A DNA stretch of 64,000 bases, taken from positions 136,433-200,432 of the forward strand of contig BCGN01000007.1 of assembly GCA_001599295.1 (NCBI GenBank). The letters run 5' to 3'. The notes beneath the pieces were generated by a model. It saw nothing but the letters and a program-made list of their open reading frames with translations, was not told where the DNA came from and did not search any database. The DNA is from Sporopachydermia quercuum. Taxonomy: Eukaryota. The translations under genes were made by a program, and so were the position numbers. This document shows, piece by piece, positions 57,739 to 64,000 of the stretch; the first letter of the stretch is position 1; every line of letters begins with the position of its first letter.

Positions 57739-59583
57739 ATGATTTCAAACCTTGAACCTTTAACTCATAGACCCAAAAATAACTCTTCAGATACTCACAA
57801 GAGATCTACTAGACGTTCTCATGATCAACCAAACCATAAATCACCATTTTCATGGGTCAAAAAATTAATTGTGGGTCCTTCAGGATTAGGATCTCAAACG
57901 AACTATCGTGACCAGAATCATGGAATGAGAAACCGAAATAAACAGTATGACGCTCAGAGCAATAGACATTATGTGGGGTTTATATCAGAATCAGAAGCAG
58001 AAGGAAAAGGAGGAGGGCAAGGAGAAAAAAGACAATTTCAGAATGGCGTTATGAGAAATGATCAAGAGAAAAGAATGAATAGCAGCTATAAAAGTGAAAG
58101 TGAAAGCGCCAGAACATCAAGGAACGGAAATACTGATACTGGCATTGCTACTACTACTACAAGTGCTGATATTAATAGTCTGAATAATATCCCTCAACAT
58201 AATTTAACTGGTATTAATACTAGTAGTATCACCATTGGCTCTATCCAGAGCAATAGCACCAGCAGTTATGATAGTAGTATTATTAGCAATACAACTAGTA
58301 ATACCAACAGTAATAATACTAATGTCAATAGTTGCGATTCCGAAGGAACTTTCAATTTGAACAACGACCTGACAAGAACAGCTCGTGATTATGAACCAAG
58401 TATTAGCTCAGTATTAGGTGTATTTGAAATACCCCATACTCCTAAAAGAATAGTGGGGCTGAACTCTGAAATGACCAGGGAAGATCAAATAATCAGAAAA
58501 GAACAACAGGAGGATTCAATTGGGGTTCGGGAAAGGAAATTAATATTACAACACCAGGAACTGGCTGATAATGAGCATAACATTACGAATAATAATAATA
58601 ACAATGGTGCTACCACCATTAGTGTTGGCACTGCTAATAATACCCTCACTAATAATACTACTGGTAACAACAACAAAGCTTATAGCAATGGTAAAGCTTC
58701 AAATGACATCGGAATAACTTACCCGAAATCTCTGCAGTCTAATTCGGATGCTGCAATTCAAGGTTTGGAAACTGATTCTATGACTGATCAAATATCATTC
58801 TTCTCTGCAAAGAGCTCTGAAAGTAAACCATCAAGCCCGCCGAATAATAGCAAGTTCTTTGATACAGGTATCAAGGGAACAGAGGTACCTAGTGATTTAG
58901 AATCAGCAAGAAGCAAACTCAGTAGAAACAGAAATATCCATAAAGACAATATAAGCATTACATCTAATTCAACACCTTCAATTACCCCAACTGTCATACT
59001 ATTAGAAGAGGCACAGCAAGAGGAAGAAGAAGAAGAAGAAGAACAAGAACAAGAACATTATCACCGCTTGACAGACCAGCAGAACCTTCAGCAGTTAACA
59101 TTAGAGGAGGCTGAAACACTCTCTTCTAATTTATCTAGCATACCTTCAATAGTTCGTCCTAGTCTTCCTAGCATCCAGTCGTTCAACATACCGAGATCAT
59201 TATCAAGATCCTCCTTGACATCTGGACAAACGTCAACGTCTCATTCAACGAAATCTGTTTCTGTTATATCATCGAACTCAGCGGATGAAATTGTTTCAGC
59301 CACTACAACTGTTATATCATCGTTTTTTTTACCACCAGGAAATGGTAATCAAGGTACAAATCAAAGTACTAACCAATCTTCAATCGGTGGATCAATATTC
59401 AATACAAGTCATCATTCATCAGGTATAACATCATTTGGGGAGAATGACTATGCTTCTATCATTACGATTGCATCGTCATCAAGGAGAAGAAGAAGAAGAA
59501 GTTTAGATACAAATGCTAGTACAATGGGAATAGCACCAAGCTCAGTTAGGAGTTTTGATCTAAGTGTTGATAGTTTTACATGA
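57739..59583 (+). CDS. Uncharacterised, largely disordered Ser/Asn/Thr-rich protein with a conserved-looking C-terminal motif
   Basis: 614-codon ORF with ATG start; low complexity except PFSWVKKL near the N-terminus and ASIITIASSSRRRRRRSLDTNASTMGIAPSS near the end. Confidence 0.75.
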   Translation: MISNLEPLTHRPKNNSSDTHKRSTRRSHDQPNHKSPFSWVKKLIVGPSGLGSQTNYRDQNHGMRNRNKQYDAQSNRHYVGFISESEAEGKGGGQGEKRQFQNGVMRNDQEKRMNSSYKSESESARTSRNGNTDTGIATTTTSADINSLNNIPQHNLTGINTSSITIGSIQSNSTSSYDSSIISNTTSNTNSNNTNVNSCDSEGTFNLNNDLTRTARDYEPSISSVLGVFEIPHTPKRIVGLNSEMTREDQIIRKEQQEDSIGVRERKLILQHQELADNEHNITNNNNNNGATTISVGTANNTLTNNTTGNNNKAYSNGKASNDIGITYPKSLQSNSDAAIQGLETDSMTDQISFFSAKSSESKPSSPPNNSKFFDTGIKGTEVPSDLESARSKLSRNRNIHKDNISITSNSTPSITPTVILLEEAQQEEEEEEEEQEQEHYHRLTDQQNLQQLTLEEAETLSSNLSSIPSIVRPSLPSIQSFNIPRSLSRSSLTSGQTSTSHSTKSVSVISSNSADEIVSATTTVISSFFLPPGNGNQGTNQSTNQSSIGGSIFNTSHHSSGITSFGENDYASIITIASSSRRRRRRSLDTNASTMGIAPSSVRSFDLSVDSFT

Positions 59584-62269
59584 CTGATCTTTAGATTCCT
59601 GGGAAAAGTGTGATTTAATGTATATCATTGCTNAGGAGACTTTGTTGCTGGTAGCACGTTGTGCTGGTAAAAGATTATTTCTGGTGATGGTGTATTCATT
59701 TTGTTTCATAGTTAATGGAAATGGGCTTGGAAATCATGAGGATAGAAATATGATAGTAAATATTGAATAAATAAGACAAAGAGGAATAGTGAGATTTACC
59801 GAATAATAGCGACTGTGTAACTGTGGAACTAGTACCAAGAATAGTACAAAAAAATAGGAGCAAAATTGGAAGAAAATGCTATCAAACTTGGACCCCCACT
59901 CTCCATTAAAACTAAGAACACCCATTGATCCTATCGTAATCACCACATCTCATCAACGCGATATGCTTAATCCACTTATGAACAAATCTTTTCAAATTAA
60001 AAGCTCTTCATAGGATTCATTCATCATATTTAATTACCCCTTCATCTTTAGTTTGTTTATTTTATAGCCAATTCCTCACTATTATTATCATCATTCTTTC
60101 ATCTCATTGTCTTCCAGAAACAAAAGAAGGAAAAACTAATTGTTGGAAAGGGAAATAAGGTTCTAAATGACTCAGATGACTATCTAGTTATTTCTTAAAA
60201 CAAAAAATGTCAATAAAATTTAAAACTTTATTTAGGAATTTGTTTACATTTTCGCCTCATTTTAGAAATTCCAGGCACAAACGTTAAATTATAGCTTGAA
60301 ACCTAAATCTCCAGGCTTTCTGCTTGAAAGGTTTTTCTTTCTCTGATTTCAGCGTGGACAATCATTTCGTGAATAAATATAAATGACAGAGAAGGAAAGA
60401 ATAGAATCAGTTCATTTAATATTATTAGACGAAACAAGAAGTTTATTTTGATACTCAGAAGGCTTTTCTTTCTTCTGTGACCAGAACCTGACATAATTAA
60501 GGTTGGGATTGCATAAAGAATGCATGAGGGTTTTTATGGTTTAATAAAATAGACGTTGGACGTTATACTACTAATAAAATAGCAGCATATNGCCATTATA
60601 TTGTTGGATGAATAACAGCATAATACCTGTACTAGATATTCATAGGGAAAGAAAAATCAAAAAATTTCTAATAAGGTATCCACTTATAATCATTGATAAA
60701 ATTAGTCCAAGGAACTGAATGAATGTTACTTCGCTGACATTTTCATATGCAATTGAACGCAAGAAAGCCTTGAAGCATAATTTTTCTTGTTACAAGTGGC
60801 TAACCCTCTTTTTAAAGTTTGGCTAGCCATTTCATGAAGAATGAAAGGTGAAAACCAGTACCTTATCATATTGATTACTTGCTAGTCCTACTACCCCCAT
60901 CTCTAATTCCTCAGCTCAATACCAAGGAAAAACCCAAATTAACCTTCTTCAATCTACGATTAACTACAACATGCAAGTCTTTCCATCATCTCTTAGCACC
61001 CATGTTATATGTTCGTGTACCGTCTATCACCCCAATTGCAGCCCATGCCTTTCTCGCTATTTTAACTCTTCAATATCCAAACCTAAAACCACATCTAAAC
61101 CTAAACTCAGTCATACCAACAACAAAAAATCCTCATTCTAAGAGTCAACTGGAAAGGTTGTTTACTTTTCTTCCTTATTGTGCCGGATCATTACATTACT
61201 ATTATATTCCCCATTAAATGCTAAACGAAGATCAACAGTTTTCATTAAAATTTCCATGGGTAAAACATGTTTTTCTACTAAATATCTTTTTTAAATAGTA
61301 GAGAAAACATTCACCCGATTGAACAGTTCCTAACTAGTTGTAGTTATAGTTCCAACAGGTGAGGAGATCGTTACTGTGTTACCTACCTACTTGCTTGCTT
61401 ATAGTAGCTAAAACAGTACTACAACACTACAGTAGCGTCAACAAAGAGCACTTAGCTGTAACAACCAGAACTACTTACAAAGAGTATATAAATAGTAGTT
61501 ATTATAAACTGCTGTTTAAATAATATATCAATAGATAATCCACAATAGGAAAGCAGTTAACCATCAATTAGTTGGTTATTGCACCAGGGTTGTTTGTTGT
61601 TTATATCAAGAGGAGTTGTCATTATTGTTGATAGATAGTTGGATCTTTAACAGAGACAGCTTGTTTGACTTTTTAACAATTTATACTGATTGCTTTGTCT
61701 TTGAGAAAGAAATAAAAGAGTAGCTATATACCAGAAGTTTCAGCATTCAATGCCTCATTGCTGGTATTATTCCTGTTGGATCAAGTATTAACTAAGACCA
61801 GTGATCATTTGAACGTACTTTGAAAGATACCTGAATCAGAATCGGCACAAGCAACAGTAGTAATAGCAATAATATCATTTGTCACCAAAAAAACTCATTA
61901 GCGAAGAAAGGCAAGGCACAGAAGTTTGAACGTGAATCACAGACTCTTTTCTAATAGAAAAANTATTTAGGAGACATATTTGTATACATTGATTTCAGAG
62001 CTGCAACGACCAAAATTTACTGATACTGCACTCATCTGTTAAATCAGGCATCACAAATTCACAAATTCACAACTCATCCATCAACTTGTTCTAATATCTG
62101 TTACTGCTATTTCTGCTGCATAAACTATCATTGATATCAGATCATATAACCGTTTGAATCAACCTCAACCTCAATTTCAATCTCAACTTTNACTCAATTG
62201 AATTTCAATTCATTATTCAGGTACTCAATTATTAATGAAAGACTTCCATTGCATTAATCAAGATTTAAA

Positions 62270-64000
62270 ATGTCTTCATCGTGTGATGGCGATGCCTATA
62301 TTCATAATCTAGCGGCATTTATAAGAACCAATGAACGTCAAGTAAGTATTTTACTGCTCTTGCTCTTGTTAATATTATCATTGTTAATATTGTTATTTTT
62401 ATTATTTTTAATATGTATTATCAACATATTTCAAGTAACTCATGGACTAACTATCATTCTAGCTTGCTAATGCTTTAATGGCATCCAGAAGAAACACTCA
62501 ATCCAATAATTCAAGGCTATCACGACAAATACCAATCAGCATAAAACCAGTTAGATTATCCTTATCCTTACACCATCTATTCTATCTTTTATCAAGATTT
62601 CAAGACCTACAAGACCTCAACATTTCATCAATTGGCCCTATGAACATAAGACTTGAAAACATTCATAATGACGATGCACCTCTAAACTACGTTTCGTTCT
62701 TATCTGATCATGCATACCATAAAAGCTTAGCTAGGAATAATAACTCTGATGTTGCTTCAATTCATTCTGTATCTTCCATACGTTCTGTCATGTCCTCGAT
62801 GTCTACATTATGGAACGGATTATCAGCAGCTACAGGTGGACTGGTTGGTAATGGTGATGAAAATGCCAAATACGAGAAAGAGATCAAACTGCTTGAAGAA
62901 GATATCAAATACATTTATTCTGCTTTCACCAAATTGCCTTGCTTAAGAATTGCTCCTGATTGGAAAGGCAAATTGATAGAAGGCTATGAGGAGTATCCAT
63001 TTGATACAGCTGTACCATTACTAGTGTTTAAGAATCTATCAGTGTTGGAATTAAATGATACAGATTTCAAAGAAGTGTTTGGATGGAATACATTAGCTGA
63101 ACAGCTGAAGTTTCTTATTATCAAACGGGGGAAACTAAGCGATGTGACGGATTTGATATTCCAAGTAATAATTGATGATGCGAATCACAGAACATCGTTT
63201 TCATCACCAATGGCATCAAATGGCCACGGGTCAGTTTCGGGCTGGCATCCTTTTCATAATTCAGGCTCATTTTCTTCCAATAGCCCAGCAATAGGAATGG
63301 GGGTTGGCCAAGGCCTTGATTCAGGCACTGGTTTGAGCTCGACACCGGGAACAGGGATCAGCTTACCTATTAGAAGAAGAACCCGCTCAGGATCTCGTTC
63401 AGGTTCAAAATCCCAGACAGGACTATCTCCTAGTGACAATCTAAACGTTCATTCTGCTTCTGGACATCATAATAACCTGTTATCCAGCAATAACCATCTG
63501 GGTATCAGTGCAAACAATCATTCAAGCTCCTATTTGCCAAATTCCTTGCCTTCCAACCCGGAAAGAAATTATTATAACTATACCAATCTTAATACCAGTA
63601 CGCCACTAATTCATTCCATCAATAACCACCAGGCAAACACTTCTGAAGAATACGATTCATTCAACCGTTCCAGCGTTGCAAATAGCAAATTCAATAAATC
63701 TCCCAGTGCTATTACTTTGTCTGGTTATTCTGCCCATAAGGTTAACTCTTCTATTGATCGGTCGGGGAGCCAGAAGTCAACACACTCAGGCAATTCGAAC
63801 CGCTCACATCGTTCAGGACGATCCACTCGTTCAGACTCTTGTTCGTCATTATCTTCTACCAATTCAAACACAATTCTTTCACAGCAACAGCAACAACAGA
63901 ATACGTCTAACGAGGAGCTGACTTCATACTTCACTGTTCCAAACCATTTACACTTATCGTCAACAAAATGGAGATTCCTGAAGCATTTATCTCTTGCAGA
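62270..64000 (+). CDS. Fungal leucine-rich-repeat protein (nischarin/STK11IP-like), 5' part; exon 1 62270-62341, exon 2 from 62463 off the right edge
   Basis: Intron 62342-62462 (GTAAGT..GACTAAC..TAG) joins MSSSCDGDAYIHNLAAFIRTNERQ to LANAL...LSLHHLFYLLSRF..IGPMNIRLENI..YIYSAFTKLPCLRIAPD..IEGYEEYPFDTAVPLLVFKNL..KWRFLKHLSLA. Confidence 0.8.

Noticed and set aside
60879..61217. 112-aa plus-strand ORF upstream of the LRR gene
   Set aside because: TTG start and promoter-like pyrimidine-rich composition, with no family features.
1..64000. tRNA, rRNA, LTR/transposon or CRISPR elements
   Set aside because: No cloverleaf with A/B boxes, rRNA-like segment, long direct or terminal repeat, or spacer array seen by eye; solo LTRs or divergent ncRNAs cannot be excluded without a search.

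Overview
AT-rich eukaryotic genomic DNA from a budding-yeast-like ascomycete (Saccharomycotina-type genes, GTAAGT/GTATGT donors, TACTAAC/GACTAAC branch points, standard CTG=Leu code). About 21 protein-coding genes, with the first and last truncated by the window edges. They include an Srp1-type SR splicing factor, a quinone oxidoreductase, a PIR wall protein, PHO84, a rhodanese, a BTB protein, an HCNGP/SAP30BP-like protein, ACM1, seipin, a DUF1765/Ahk1-like protein, a JLP1/TauD dioxygenase, a PXMP2/Mpv17 protein, BUD14/Tea4, KAP104, RPT2, PTC1, an SNA/Pmp3 protein and an LRR protein. Four genes have introns the ORF track missed; RPT2 has an ATG-only first exon and a 10-nt micro-exon. The most unusual element is an intronless, stand-alone tryptophan synthase beta subunit of bacterial type between ACM1 and seipin. 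Fungi normally encode a fused alpha-beta Trp5, so this is a candidate domesticated horizontal transfer, possibly for indole salvage. Other points are possible splicing-coupled autoregulation of the SR gene, five TACCAAG copies in the PHO84 promoter, and scattered N bases that look like masked heterozygous SNPs. No tRNA, rRNA, transposon or CRISPR could be supported. All family assignments are from recalled motifs, not database searches.
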